From Haliotis cracherodii (lineage: Eukaryota), in contig NW_027266265.1 in the NCBI RefSeq assembly GCF_022045235.1, positions 2,480,001 through 2,544,000 of the forward strand: a stretch of 64,000 nucleotides of DNA, written 5' to 3'. Shown here in pieces: positions 12,401 to 25,563 of this stretch (position 1 is the stretch's first letter; every line of letters begins with the position of its first letter). The translations under genes were made by a program, and so were the position numbers. Below the pieces are notes generated by a model that worked only from the letters and a program-made list of their open reading frames with translations, made no database searches and was not told where the DNA came from.

Positions 12401-14559
12401 ACCAAAAGCTGGAGCTGCAGGAATACTGCTCTCAATAAACGGAAAATTGACTATTGGAACGTTAAGTGGACGTTAAGTAAGACGATAACATGGTGTGTAT
12501 ATCTTTGTAGCTGAAGTCAATTAAAACAACAAGAACTGCTAATTTTATTGACCGTCCTTTGATTGAGAATTGTTGGATCTTAGCGGGTCCACGACGTCTT
12601 GGAAGTAGGGAAAAGCGACGAAAAATCTGTATTTGTCTATTGTCATTAGTCGTAGGCAATTCTTGCTGAGTACTGAGATTGTGAAGGGGAAAAACACACG
12701 CATTGATTGGCTTTCGGTAATTGCTACATTATTGCTTGATCATAAGTAGAAAACGGTTGACCTTTCATGCTGGATATGTTACTCCACATGAGAGAGTGTC
12801 GTTTTGTGAGTGTGTTTGGTGTATTTCTGGCCGGGCTAGACTGTGGCATTATGTCAAGCCGTACCAGATTGATCAATTTGTTTTGTGGTGTATGGTTACA
12901 GGCCTTGTTTAGTGCATGGCAGACAAGTAAGACCTGTTCATTTGATTCTGACAGCCTCTTGTTTTACTGATATTGAATAGTTAGAATTTCTCAACGTATC
13001 GATGTATGGATCACATTTTCTCACGCTATGTTCCACTGTCAAGGTTCCTAATTGTCACTTTATGTTTTTCATTCGCCTAAGAGCGATGTGTCAAAGAAAT
13101 GGGTTCGAGTCCCTTCATTGACCCAAAGTCTTTTACAGAAGCCCACGTCATGGCAGTGCTGTCTGAAAGAATGTAAACCATCATTCACTTGTGATCGTTA
13201 ATAATGGTGACCGAAACATATGGTGTTATGTATTGAGAACGTGGCTACGCTGGCTGCATACCCTCTGGTAGGAATGTTTAGAAAGTGCTTGCTACGTCAC
13301 TTTATTTTTAAATCTGTTTAAGAGATTATTACTATCTTTTTGTATTGTCTTGAAAATGCTCTGCTTTATCGGAAACTACAATGTACTTATGATATTTGAA
13401 GGGGTTTGTTTATGCAGTTCGTCGCATTTAAACCCAACGAGAACCAACTAAACAAGGGCATGCTCAGCGACCAAGGATCATTGCGAGAGCGAATGTTGGA
13501 TCAGCGGCTTAACGATGCAAAAACAGATAGAATAATTGATTCATAATTCCTTGATTCAAGTATTCGATAGATATCTGCCCTCATTTGTCCATGATAGTAT
13601 GTCATTATCCTATTATGGATACTTAGAGTATTTAGCTGTCATTTCGTATAATAGGGCGCTGCCCTCACTCTGTGAACAGATTGTGATAACAGTGTATGTG
13701 TTCCTGTATTCGGACCTTTGGGATCAGGACACATATGCCCTCACTGAAGAGGTTTGTCAAAGGGCAATATACTCAGTATAACGTCATGTTCTGTCAGTTA
13801 TTAAATTACAATCGAGCGATGTTTGATCTGCGAAAGGACTGGCTATTGGATCTTGTTGATTTGCGTGAAGAAAAGTTGAAATAAAACATATCGGGATAAA
13901 GTATTTCTTGATTATTTACCGTTTGCTTTCCTCCTCATGAGGCTAACATGACGTCGCTGTTGGGACTACACTCACCGTACATACATTTTCACTTTGGAGA
14001 GCTGCTACTTCTTATGTTTCTTCATAGAACGTTTAATGACAAAATCATTTCATTGGTGCCGAAATCCCTACAATGATTGAAATGGTAAACGTGGAAAGAG
14101 AGCATCATGGGTATTTTTTCTTGTGAAGGGTTTCTTTTAGACAAGACCTATCAAAATAATTTCATGATTCACATTGATCAAATTTTAATTAACTAAAACG
14201 ACTAAATCCATCTCCATCTCAATCTGTTAGTGAAAAGAATCAACGTTGCTCATTTCCTGATTTCCACTGGCGCATTTTCACTTGGATATTTTAGCTGTTG
14301 TTTTTTATATTGATATATGTACTTCATAGTTTATGTGAGTGAGATGAGCATGCAGTTACTGTCTAATAAGGATGGTAAATGTGAACAAATATTATCATGG
14401 TTTATTTGGGACATGATTTATGTCAGGGAAGACACATCGAAATAGTTATACCATTCACAAATTTGTGAATTAGCAAATGACCAAATCTTGTCAAATCTCT
14501 GTGTAACGTAAAATGAATCAACATTGACGATTTCCTGATTTCAGAGGTTATTTGATTAA

Positions 14560-15132
14560 TGCCTCCATTTCACTTCGACCACGAATATTCCGAATCACCC
14601 CGAATTGGAAACTTTCATGTTCGTAGATAAATCTCAAACATTTCTTGAAGTTCTTAAATGAATCTTATTTGATTCCTAAATATTCGTACAGTACGCGGGA
14701 GTTCGTCGAATCGGCGAGAAAGTTTTTGTTTGTCAAAAACTTTCGTGGAAGGATCCTCGTATTGCAATTTCGTGGCTGTATCGTAATCCATTCGTAATTA
14801 ATTATTTTGTTCCGTAACAGCTTCGTAATCGATTCTTTTGCATTCTTGGCTATTCTTAGCGATTCGTGGCTCCCCAAATTTCTTGTCCTCAAACCGAAAA
14901 CATCCCGAAACAGCTACGAATGTCCCCAGTCAACTACGAATCATGTAAGGATTAAGTAAGAACAACATTCGGCATATTCGTAGCTTAGTCGTAGGTAATT
15001 CTTACAATACGTGCATGATCCGTTCATGAATCTGCAATTCTAACATGTTTCTTAACCGAAGAAATCTGGAATTTTGAAAGTTTCCGATTCGGGATGACTC
15101 GGGATATTCGTGGTCGTAGTGAAAGGGGGCCA
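14560..15132. mobile_element. PIF/Harbinger-type MITE
   Basis: ~55-bp TIRs (TTTCACT.CGACCACGAATAT.CCGA.TCA.CCCGAAT.GGAAACTTTCA) at both ends; TAA at 14557-14559 and 15133-15135. Confidence 0.8.
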
Positions 15133-15337
15133 TAAGATAACAACATTCAAGAACTCAAGAATAGTTATCAACAAGTTTGATGGTAGTCATATGGGGGACA
15201 TTTCCAGATTTGACGCATCAGTGACAAGAATGATGTCCGATCCAATTCAGTATTTTGACTTGTACCATATTTTTCCGTGTTTTTTTTTCAGGTGAACAAT
15301 TGACATGCATTTACATGTGTTTTTGACGTGTGGCAAA

Positions 15338-15498
15338 TGTGGGGCAGGATACGCTAATCATTTCGCGAACACCGGGTATCATTACGGCTTGATAGTGATT
15401 CATAAACACGTGTTCATGGTACAGTTTGAATCGTACAACAGACGCTGTTTTGGCAGAGATTTCTTATGAATATGGAAAGGGTTTTGTCTCCTTTATTC
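15338..15498 (+). mobile_element. Penelope-like 3'-end motif copy
   Basis: GTGGGGCAGGATACGCT..CATTTCGCGAACACC..GTGATTCATAAACACG...GGCAGAGATTTCTTATGAATATGGAAAGGGTTTTGTC. Confidence 0.8.
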
Positions 15499-15552
15499 CA
15501 ATAATGAATCTTCACATATTGTAGAGGAAATCATTTCAAGAGTGTTTTGTGA

Positions 15553-16893
15553 GACTGCTGCAACAAAAAAATCATTTAATTTAAACATTTAACATTACCT
15601 TGTCCGGAAAAATGAAATTTGATGATAAAAAACAAAGCAGATGACAATAAAAACCGGTCGCCCAAACGCATCACGGCAACGGCCATGGTAACCTGATGCA
15701 CGTGAGTTCCGTGCAAATTGAAATGCACATGCGTTCTCCCATTTCTTGCCCTATAAAAATCAACCCAGGTCGGATAACATTCATTCGTTATTGAATTGCT
15801 ACCACATGCCAAGATTGACAAGAAATCAGCGACACAAAACCCTTGGACGTTTGCTAGATGGATAAACCGCCCGGCAAGTAGCCAATGCATTTCAAGTCCA
15901 CGCAAGGAGCATATACAGGCTCGAGCAATGGTAGCAGACCACCAACACTACAGATGACAGACCACGTACTGGAAGACCAAGGGTCACCACCCGAGGTCAG
16001 GATCGTCAGATTGTGCGAAAGCATCTTCAAGATCGCTTTGTTACTGCTGCAGAAACTGCTCGAATCAGCGACACATTAGTGCGGACACCGTACGTCGACG
16101 ATTGACGAGAAGACACCTCCCCTGTCACAGGCAACATCGAGGACCCATTCTGACACCACGTCTGGCGACACCGTGGGAAACGTTATTCGGATGCTTGTGT
16201 TGTTGTTGAGAGAGAGTCTGGCGACGCTGTGGGGTGGTCCGAGCATCATGATGTGGGGTGGTCTTGCACAGAGGGTCAGCCATGTGGTCTTTCAGAACAT
16301 CAGTCCAGGGATGTGTCACAGCAGGTCGGTACATTGATCAAGTCTTGAGACCACACGCCATACCTCATTTGGCACGTCGCCGCAACCACGAGTTTCGGCA
16401 TGATGACACCCGTGCCCAAGCTTCGAGAGCAACAAGAGACTTCCTCCAGCAGAATGGCATCAGAACCATGCAGTGGCCTGCCCTCAGTCTCGATTTAAAT
16501 CCAATTGAGCACCTGTGGGACGAGATTCAAAGACGGCTGAGTGACGTCCGACCAAGGCCGACAAGTGCAGCTGAACTGCGTCAGGCGTTCCTCAGATTGT
16601 GGACTCAAGTGCCTATGGCCTTCATCAACCGCCTCATTCATTCCATGTATCAACGTTGCACGGCAGTCATCAATGCACATGGCGGACACACAAAAAACTG
16701 ACTTGTGATTCCATTTTCTCAGAGACTATTGTTGTGTTTCACTTTAATAACATTTGACAGTTTAAGGTCAACCTTGATGATCAGTTTTGTTAAGTTTCAT
16801 CTTTTTAATTTGTCTCAAAGTACGTTTACAGTGTTAGGACAAATGAGGTTTCTCAAATATTCACCATGGTGTCTTTTCTTTTGCGGTTCAGTT
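15553..16893 (+). mobile_element. Tc1/mariner transposon, decayed
   Basis: Right end CTTTTCTTTTGCGGTTCAGTT followed by TA; left TIR only weakly recognisable near 15553; contains a transposase pseudogene. Confidence 0.8.
15806..16701 (+). pseudogene. Tc1-type transposase pseudogene
   Basis: MPRLTRNQRHKTLGRL..ARQVANAF..DRPRTGRPRVTT.GQDR (HTH and GRPR motif), SIMMWGG, HDDTRAQ (QDNARPH-like), WPALSLDLNPIEHLWD, VINAHGGHTK; in-frame stops, frameshifts and an internal deletion. Confidence 0.93.
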
Positions 16894-17759
16894 TATAGTT
16901 GTATACATGTGGTTCAATATAGATCAGGTAAACTACCCTCTTGCAATTCTATCTTATTCCCTATAACAAGCAATTGATATGGATCAACTACCTGTGGTAC
17001 CATCTTAATATGAGCAAGGTGTATTGACGAACTGTTTTTGTATTGTCCCTTAATCCACACAGTAGTATTCATTACGAATTATTTTACAAATTGATCATGA
17101 AATTATTTCCGTGCCTCAATATGTCTTAGGGCACGGGCATCACACTGCTAGGTTAACGTTATATAATACTTTAATAACATCACAATCAATATGTGTGAAT
17201 CGTGATAACGCATACATGCCACACGGATCAGATGAACACGCTCAGTACTGATTCCGTAGCTCGTTGTGGGACGAGTAATGTTTAATTTTAGACACATGTA
17301 AATGAATGTGTTTCTATGATAGAATTGAGCATTAAATATTCATCAGCATCGTCCCTGTGTACCAGGGGAGCTCTACACATGCCCATAATGGGTGCCTATA
17401 CATGTTATGTCAAGACCTCTATTGCCGTTTTCGCGATCGATAAAGGCTCTTAAATGATTTCGTATAGCGCCAATTCCTCTCATAAGTTTTGTTGTTATGC
17501 GTTGGAAATTCTTCATCGATTACTTAAAGAACTATGATTCCTAAATCTGACTCGTCTGTGAAGCGATTGATTAAGCAATAAGGGCGTGAGTTCCAAATCC
17601 AGACTTGAGTGAAAAAAAATACAAAAAATGACTTTGCCAGATGTATATCGATTGAAATGCCGTCTATACATGTCGACAGAGAGAAGGCGATTTGGAACTA
17701 TTCGACATATTGATAATTAAGTGTCACTGTTGTCCTGGGAAGTTACGGAATCATAGCTC

Positions 17760-19050
17760 TCGTCATTCCAAGGATAGACAAGTCGTGTAAATTGAGTACC
17801 TGGTGCAGTAGGCAATCATACAGGGCTGGCATTACTTGCAGGCAGGCTTTTGAGGTGAAATGATAAATACGGATATTTCATAGAGGCTTTTGATTTACTG
17901 CCAAATTAAAAGATTTTTCAAAGTTTGATGCTTGGTGAACTGGAGAATTCATGAGAATGGCGTTAATTACTCAAAAGCAGCCTGACAGTTGCTGTTCGCA
18001 ACTAGGAAATTATTGAGAGGGGCTGCAACTTGTGAGGTTTTTTGACAAAAATTTACACTAGTAACCAGCCGTTCCCAGAGATCTTTCAGCTTCGGTTTAT
18101 TTAGTGGAACTTGGAATTTTGAAATAGCTTCGACCTGTGCTTGCACAGGCTGTACCTGACCTTGTCCAATGACATTATCTAACTTAGCATCCAAGTTATC
18201 TAAAACTTCGTTTTTTGGTTTAGGGGCAGTTGAGTCAGTAATGCCATCAATCTTGACAATTCTCATCAGTATCACAATCTGATGCAATATCCACTGGAGA
18301 AACAGTGGCAACACACTGAGTAGCAACACTGTCATTTCGTTCATGATGCTTTCTAATCATATTGACACGACAAAGGTGTGTCTTTGTACGACGCCCTGGT
18401 GTTTGTACCACATCGTCAGCATCGTCAGTATCACTGACCGATCTGTCAATAACATATGGACCCTGGTATGTAGCACGTAATGGCTGACCAGGGATTGGCA
18501 ACAACACAACGACTTTATCGCCAGGACCCTTTTCTCTCTTGAGACTTTCATTTTGTCCTCAGCAACTTCAAAAGCTTCTGAAAGTTTCTGAAATGATGAG
18601 ACATAATGCAACAAACTCATTTCCGTCCTATCATTTAGCCCATGTTCCTTCAAGTGCTTTAAATGTCCAAAGACAAGACCCCAAAAGACTAACAATACAT
18701 TACCCTGCCACATAACATTGTACTTAAACGGAATCATGATCACACATTCAGCTGACAGAAGCTTCATCCTCAGGGAATTCTAGCACTTGTACGTTTAATC
18801 AGCTTCATCACAATGTTTCATGATTGCAATCCTTGATCAGAAGAGGGAAGCTGCACAGGAAGAGATGGGTGGGGATTTTCGACCGATACAGAATACTCTG
18901 TTACAAAGAGGTGAGGAAACACCAGATGTTGACAACCGGTAACACGTTTGTCTCCAGGGTTCATAACTTGTTCAATAATATTGTTATCACATTTATTCAG
19001 AGAGGCTGACACGCGTTTTGGTATAAACACACTCGAATTAATCTGGTGTT
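17760..19050 (-). mobile_element. Gypsy LTR retrotransposon pol relic with Gmr1-like order (INT before RT/RH)
   Basis: Minus strand in order: PSLPV/SDQG remnants, integrase C-terminus LLPIPGQPLRATYQGPYVI..VVQTPGRR..LCRVNMIRK, linker NEVLDNLDAKL, then the RT end VIGQGQVQPVQAQVEAISKF.VP...VAAPL..CQAAFE. Confidence 0.85.
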
Positions 19051-19128
19051 TATACGTTTTTTTCTGACTGACTTGTCACGAACGAAATGCCAATATACTG
19101 TTGGTAATATTGCAAACACGAGCATATT

Positions 19129-19245
19129 AATATACCTTGGGCTGAACTGTTGCCGATGTGACTGCAAATATTAACTCACTAATATACTTTGTGCTGAACT
19201 ATTGCCGATATGACTGTAAATATTAACTCACTAATATATTTTGTG
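19129..19245. repeat. 52-bp tandem repeat, ~2.2 copies
   Basis: GCTGAACT.TTGCCGAT.TGACTG.AAATATTAACTCACTAATATA at 19141 and 19193. Confidence 0.85.
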
Positions 19246-19557
19246 AGTAATCTATTTGGCATATTAAAACAATTTGTTCACAGGTTGTTCACATAAAACA
19301 AAAGGAACAATTCTTTTGACCACAAATGCCACATGCATCCCTCACTTTTGTTCATCAATCTGGTGGCTTGCTATAAATTACGTTATATAATTTCTTAGTT
19401 TAGCATCATTGCTCAAAGAAGATGTCCAAAATGTTATGTGTGTGTGGAAGACAAACGTCCCTCTTCGTTACCTTGCTTGCAGATCTACCAAGAAGAGAGG
19501 CTATCATGGGAGAATAAAGGTAGTAAGATTCGGTCATTCATCTGCCTGGAGTTAATA

Positions 19558-19630
19558 GTGTGTGAGTGAGTATGGTTTCACATCGCTTTTAGCAATATCA
19601 CGGCGGGGGACACCAGGAATGAGCCTCATA
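19558..19630 (-). mobile_element. SINE family A 3' fragment
   Basis: GTGAGTGAGTATGGTTT.AC..CGCTTTTAGCAATATCACGGCGGGGGACACCAG. Confidence 0.8.
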
Positions 19631-20144
19631 ACTGCAGCGAATATATGTGAATGCCATTTACCTATTCATTATAGATGGCAAGTCAATTAGTTTCGAGCAT
19701 GACTGACGACTCATTTAATTTGTTGCAGTACAGCGAATCTGCAGCTCCGGAGTCAGGACTGACACTGATGTGTGTTCGCATTGATATCCCGATATAACTG
19801 AGCTGCTCATTTTGGAGAATTGCAGTGTAATTAAAATACATATACTGCTTGCCACGTGCTGGCATCTTACAACTTCTATAGCCTCTGTGAGCATTACGAG
19901 GCTTAAATTCCAGGCCGCGTGTGTTCATTATGGAACTGATCGGGTCAAAGGGTGTAAAAACGTAAGATGATCTTAAAGTTTATCCAGGGCCGATATTAAA
20001 TATGTTGGTGACATCAAATTGATAGCATCATAAATCTGATATACATTTCGACATATAACAAAGTATAACGTTGTATAATATAGTTATGGTAAAAATCAAT
20101 ACTAACTATCATGTACGACCAATCGGTAAGTGTCTTCTTGGTAC

Positions 20145-20424
20145 TGGGGGCACGGGTGGCCCAGTCTTCCAAGGCACCGCGATTGGCTGTGCAGAGTGCG
20201 TCCCTTGGACACGCCAGAAACCTATGATTGTGGGTTTGAATCCCGGTTCGCCCCGATTATGTTTCTAGGTTTGTCAGCACCATACCCGTGCTCGTGGGTT
20301 TCACCGAAGTGGTAATCGTCTGAGACCAGCATCACTTCGGGCTTTCCTCCCATAGTAAGCTGACACGCCGCGATATAACTGGAATACTGTTAAAAGCGGC
20401 GTTAAACCCAACTCACTCACTCAC
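20145..20424 (+). mobile_element. SINE family B (tRNA-like head, V-domain-like centre), full length
   Basis: A-box-like GTGGCCCAGTC, B-box-like GGTTTGAATCC, central GTGGGTTTC..CGGGCTTTCCTCCCA, (ACTC)n tail; 12-bp TSD TCTTCTTGGTAC at 20133-20144 and 20425-20436. Confidence 0.9.
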
Positions 20425-20993
20425 TCTTCTTGGTACATTTAGAAGAAAGGTCAGTTGATCTTCTGGAGATGTTGTAAACATACCTGGCTTTGCTCGTACA
20501 TTAAATAGAACCTAGCAAATTCATCATCATTATATTCAAGGAAAAGCAAAACTGGAATTTATTTCACGTGCAATGCACATACGCCAGTTGGTTCTAACTC
20601 TGCACATATTCATAAAAAAAACAATAAATATATCTAATAGATGAAATAAAACAAACATATCACATAGTATCAACACATCAATGCATAAACTACATTTAGA
20701 TACACGGCTCGTCTAATTTAATATGCTATTAATACTATTAATATTATTTATACTTGATATTATACATTAATGTATCAAATATGAAGAGCAGTAGTTACAG
20801 TTACACCTGTGGTTTTAAGCCAGAATACAACTTGAAATACGGTTACATAGGTCCCGCCTCTACAAATTACCATGATATAAAAACAATATGCACAAACTAT
20901 ACACATAACTTACCACTGTGTGGCAATGAGCTGGAAACTGTGTGTACGATGGTGAGGGCAGAGGCATCATAAGATCGATTCCCATATTCTCGA

Positions 20994-21259
20994 TCCGTGA
21001 ATATTCAGGGGTAGAATAGGTCTTCAGCAACCCATGCTTGCCGTAAAAGGTGACTATGCTTGTCGTAAAAGGCGACTAACGGGATCGGGTGGTCAGGCTC
21101 GCTGACCTGGTTGATGCATGTCATCGATCCCAATTGCGTGGACCGATGATCATGACATTAATCACTGGGTTGTCTGGTCGAGACTCGATCATTTACAGAC
21201 CGCCGTCATATAGCTGGAATATTGCTGAGTGCGGCATTAAACAACAAACCAACCAACCA
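20994..21259 (+). mobile_element. SINE family C (non-tRNA head), full length
   Basis: 14-bp TSD TCCCATATTCTCGA at 20980-20993 and 21260-21273; (ACCA)n tail; internal duplication of the TGCTTGTCGTAARAGGCGACTA hairpin. Confidence 0.9.
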
Positions 21260-21997
21260 TCCCATATTCTCGAAAATTGAAACAATAAGACCACATAAGA
21301 AACAGGAAATGGCAAATAAAACTAAAAACATGTAAAATTACCTCTTCATTCGTATCCATTCAATCATAATCTACGTACATACATACTGCATTTATACATG
21401 TAGAAAGTATTTAAGCTGTGATTAAAGTTAGTTTAATTAGATTTAAATGTTTAACGAATTAGGAGGGAAGGCATATACCAGCTGCACAGTTTGTAGAATA
21501 TCTGACGATATCAAAATACATGTATACCAATTATTAACTTCTTGCTTATGTTTTAAACTATTTTCAGTTTGACATACATAGATACATACATATATATAAG
21601 ATACATAAACATGAATCAAACACAAACACAAACTAAGATCCTATACACTAATAATAAACCACCAGCTGATTCAAATACAAAGATAGGAAAACAAAGCAAC
21701 ACGCTTGTGCTGTTGGTGACTGAAAAGGTGAAAGTGGCTATGGTTTCGTTGGTAGTTATATAAGTGCTTGAACTTGTCTAATTATTGTTTTTTGTACTGC
21801 TGAAGTACTCTAGCTTGGGACAGAAACTCGCGGAAACAGAAACAAGACAATTAAAAGACTAAACATGTTTACAAAATAGCAATCGAATCAACTCGGCCAT
21901 ATACATATGTGCGGAAATGCATTGAGAACGATTTGCATTGATGTGATGGTGGGCGTGAGGGGCGGCCTAATACAGATCCAGTGCTGCCCAATTATAA

Positions 21998-23010
21998 TGC
22001 CATGTTCAGCGGATTCTGTACTGTACATTACAGATTGTGGTCAAACCGATCTGTGCCAATTTCAGCGGTTTCTGTACTGTACATTACAGATTGTGGTCAA
22101 ACCGATCTGTGCCATGTTCAGCGGTTTCTGTACTGTACATTACAGATTGTGGTCAAACCGATCTGTGCCATATTAAGCTGTATATGTACTGTACATCACA
22201 GATTGTGGTCAAACCGATCTGTGCCATATTAAGCTGTATATGTACTTACATTACAGATTGTGGTCAAACCGATCTGTGCCATATTAAGCTGTATATGTAC
22301 TTACATTACAGATTGTGGTCAAACCGATCTGTGCCATATTAAGCTGTTTATGTACTGTACATTACAGATTGTGGTCAAACCGATCTGTGCCATATTAGGC
22401 TGTATATGTACTTACATTACAGATTGTGGTCAAACCGATCTGTGCCATATTAAGCTGTATATGTACTGTACATCACAGATTGTGGTCAAACCGATCTGTG
22501 CCATATTAAGCTGTATATGTACTTACATTACAGATTGTGGTCAAACCGATCTGTGCCATATTAAGCTGTATATGTACTTACATTACAGATTGTGGTCAAA
22601 CCGATCTGTGCCATATTAAGCTGTATATGTACTTACATTACAGATTGTGGTCAAACCGATCTGTGCCATATTAAGCTGTATATGTACTGTACATCACAGA
22701 TTGTGGTCAAACCGATCTGTGCCATATTAAGCTGTATATGTACTTACATTATAGATTGTGGTCAAACCGATCTGTGCCATATTAAGCTGTATATGTACTG
22801 TACATCACAGATTGTGGTCAAACCGATCTGTGCCATATTAAGCTGTATATGTACTTACATCACAGATTGTGGTCAAACCGATCTGTGCCATATTAAGCTG
22901 TATATGTACTTACATTACAGATTGTGGTCAAACCGATCTGTGCCATATTAAGCTGTATATGTACTTACATTACAGATTGCTTGTGGTCATACCCACCTGT
23001 GTCAGATCCT
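21998..23010. repeat. 55/56-bp minisatellite, ~18 units
   Basis: Unit GATTGTGGTCAAACCGATCTGTGCCATATTAAGCTGTATATGTACT(G)TACATYACA repeated from 22033 to 22975. Confidence 0.98.
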
Positions 23011-24102
23011 ACTTCTTTGAAGCTATGCGACTTCAGGTCAGAATTGTGGTGGTGATAATTATGAAACTGGTATATTCGTTGTAAATGAAATATGAAATAC
23101 CTATTAAATACGGAATTCAGATACAATGATTGCCTCGTGCTGCCAAATACATACGACTTTCACATATATACAGCTTTCCCTCTCGCGTGAACCTTTATGG
23201 TTCTGGGTCGTGATATAACCGCACGAGAGGGACAAAATGTCGTTATTGCACCCGAAATAATCTAGTTGCATGGTAAAAATGCTTGTGAAACATGACGTCA
23301 CACTAGCTGAAAGTCCAAATCAAAGGACAGTAGCGATATAAGAAGAGTTACGACAAGGTTCACCGAACTCGTCGGTGGTATGTGCTGAAGTCAATCAGTT
23401 ATGAACTAAATCGATGATGACGAGCACGTATTTACAGTTGGAGTAAAACCGCCATCTTCTTACACACCAAGGACATAGTTCTATTTGGTCAGGCCCCTGA
23501 AACAGGGTCACCTATATCTTATGTAGGTTTTCCAAATAGTGATTTAACTGCCGGCATTTTGCAAACATACATGAATTTATTAAAGCATTAATAATTAACA
23601 AGTTTTCGATCACCAGTAAACTGTTATCGATTCTACATCAAACATAAAACGTCAACCAAGTAGAATAGCCTGTTTCTTTTATCCGCCGAAACAGATTCCA
23701 TTGTCAAGAGCGTTTGCCCCAGGCACTAGTAGCTGATCTACACATGTCCAATCGTGTATAGTCATGGGAGGGATGAACTTACGAATATATAAACAATCGG
23801 TCGACATTTGAAACTTACCAGTGCCAAACCCAGTTATCTTTTGGAGAACCGTCTTGTTTGTGTGTTTAGATTATCATAACATCACATCAATTCTTGCCAT
23901 GTGCCTGTGGAGAGATCCCAGAAACACAAGTGCATTGTAATGAGAACTGTCTATTCAAACTTAAACATAATTGCTTCAATAATTTGAAAAACCCCACAAT
24001 GGTGGTTAGTTTCAATAACGTATGCCAAATAAACCGAACAGTCTTCATATCACACATCACATATCACATATCACATATCACAGACAGAGGTCAATGCAGT
24101 CT

Positions 24103-25389
24103 AAACCCCTACATCCCATTTCCCCTACAGCCAAGTTCCCCTAAAATTAGTTAAAACAACACGTGGCATTTACCTGTCTGGCATTATGAACTCACCTAAA
24201 GGAGAGATTAAGGTCTGGAGTAGAGGTAGTAGAAATGAAAGGGTAGAGCTTTAGAGGATTAGGGGACTTAAAGGAAAGTTTTAAAAAAAGGAATAATGTA
24301 AGTGTAATGAAAGATGCCTTTATGATGAGAAGACAATTTTTAGAAATTACAAAAATAACAATAGGAAAAAACAATTATTACACTGAGAAACTGAGATGAG
24401 ACGATTTACAGTTGAGATGGCTAGGTTTAGTATATAGATACTTGAAACTGACTAACAGGACATCAGCATGGCTGGTCTTCGCAATGTTGAGTTTGTTATG
24501 TCACAGAGAGGAAAGCCCCAAGTCCTATTTTATGGTTATCTTCACACTAAGACGTAGAGAGAGGGACAGATCAGCCGAAATTGCCTAGGGAGAAGGCGAT
24601 CTCTTAAACACCTAATGCCACAATGACAACACTAAGAACGTCGAGAGACTGACTTGCGTACACTGGAAGTGTGTCGAGTCCACATGTAGAGGAAGACTCA
24701 CGACAGTAGGAACCGTGATGAGGAATGCTACAGAGCATAACCATGCCCCATGCATCGTCACTACCTGGGTCGACCACGGAGCACGATTCCCCCTACCTCT
24801 GTGGAACCGTCACGGTACAACAGGTCCCAGGACGAACAACAACCTGGAAGGCTTTCATAACCGACTCAACAGAGGTCTCCCTCACCGAAATCCCAACATC
24901 CACCGATTTGTGGAGGTAGTCAGGAAGGTGGAACAGGCAGAGCGAGCTAGGATTTTACAGCTCGACTTTGGAGCAGCTCCAAGAGGCAGGAAGAGAGTGT
25001 ACAGAGAGGTGGAGAACCGTCTCTGCCGCCTGAAGTACGAGTTGAATAGAGAGGTGAAATCCCCAATGCAGTTTCTAGATGCGGTTGGCCATCCCTTCAG
25101 GCTGGGATAAAGAGTGAATTTGAGATGAAATTTATTATAATGTATTATGAATTTTGAAAAATGAACATTTTGTTATAATGTATTATGAATTTTGAAAAAT
25201 GAACATTTTATTATAATGTATTATGAATTTTGAATAATATCGTAATCGTAATTAAATATTTATCTCAATCTATTCGTGTTTCTTGGGTTTTCCATTGTAT
25301 GAAATAGGTGACAGACTAGGGATTAGCAATGCCATGGACCGTGAACTTTGTTGTCTTAAGCTGTAGGGGAAATGTGATGTAGGGGTTTT
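24103..25389 (+). mobile_element. internally deleted MULE (Mutator-like) transposon with FLYWCH domain
   Basis: TIRs AAACCCCTACATC(C/A)CATTTCCCCTACAGC at both ends. No TSD identified. Confidence 0.85.
24468..25110 (+). pseudogene. FLYWCH-MULE transposase pseudogene lacking most of the catalytic core
   Basis: EFVMSQRGKPQVLFYGYLH..WKCVESTCRGRL..EHNHAP (FLYWCH) joined directly to TWV..FPLPLWN..GPRTNNNLEGFHNRLN..HRNPNIHRFV (MULE C-terminal RTNN.xEgxH motif). Confidence 0.85.
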
Positions 25390-25409
25390 GGGAGGTTACC
25401 AACACCGCA

Positions 25410-25563
25410 GCTGAAGGGACCTACGTAAATAATTCGAGTTATCCGAGGTTCGACAAAACCGAAAGAAGTTTATTAAGGAAGGAATATGCAGGGACCAGGT
25501 TTTTACTTCGAGATTACCGTAAGTTCGACACATCAAAGTTCGACACAACAGTATTTGACTGTG
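25410..25563. mobile_element. single end of a probable Tc1/pogo-type MITE
   Basis: Clustered TTCGA(G/C) subterminal repeats ending TTTGACTG; the partner end was not found. Confidence 0.5.

Noticed and set aside
13075-13170. Possible extra tRNA/SINE head (GGGTTCGAGTCCC)
   Set aside because: A B-box-like word with only a faint SINE A resemblance; too decayed to delimit.
21998-23010. CRISPR-like array or Cys-rich repeat protein (ORFs 21907-23084)
   Set aside because: No unique spacers, no cas genes and a eukaryotic context; 55/56-bp units are not multiples of 3, so the ORFs are repeat artefacts.
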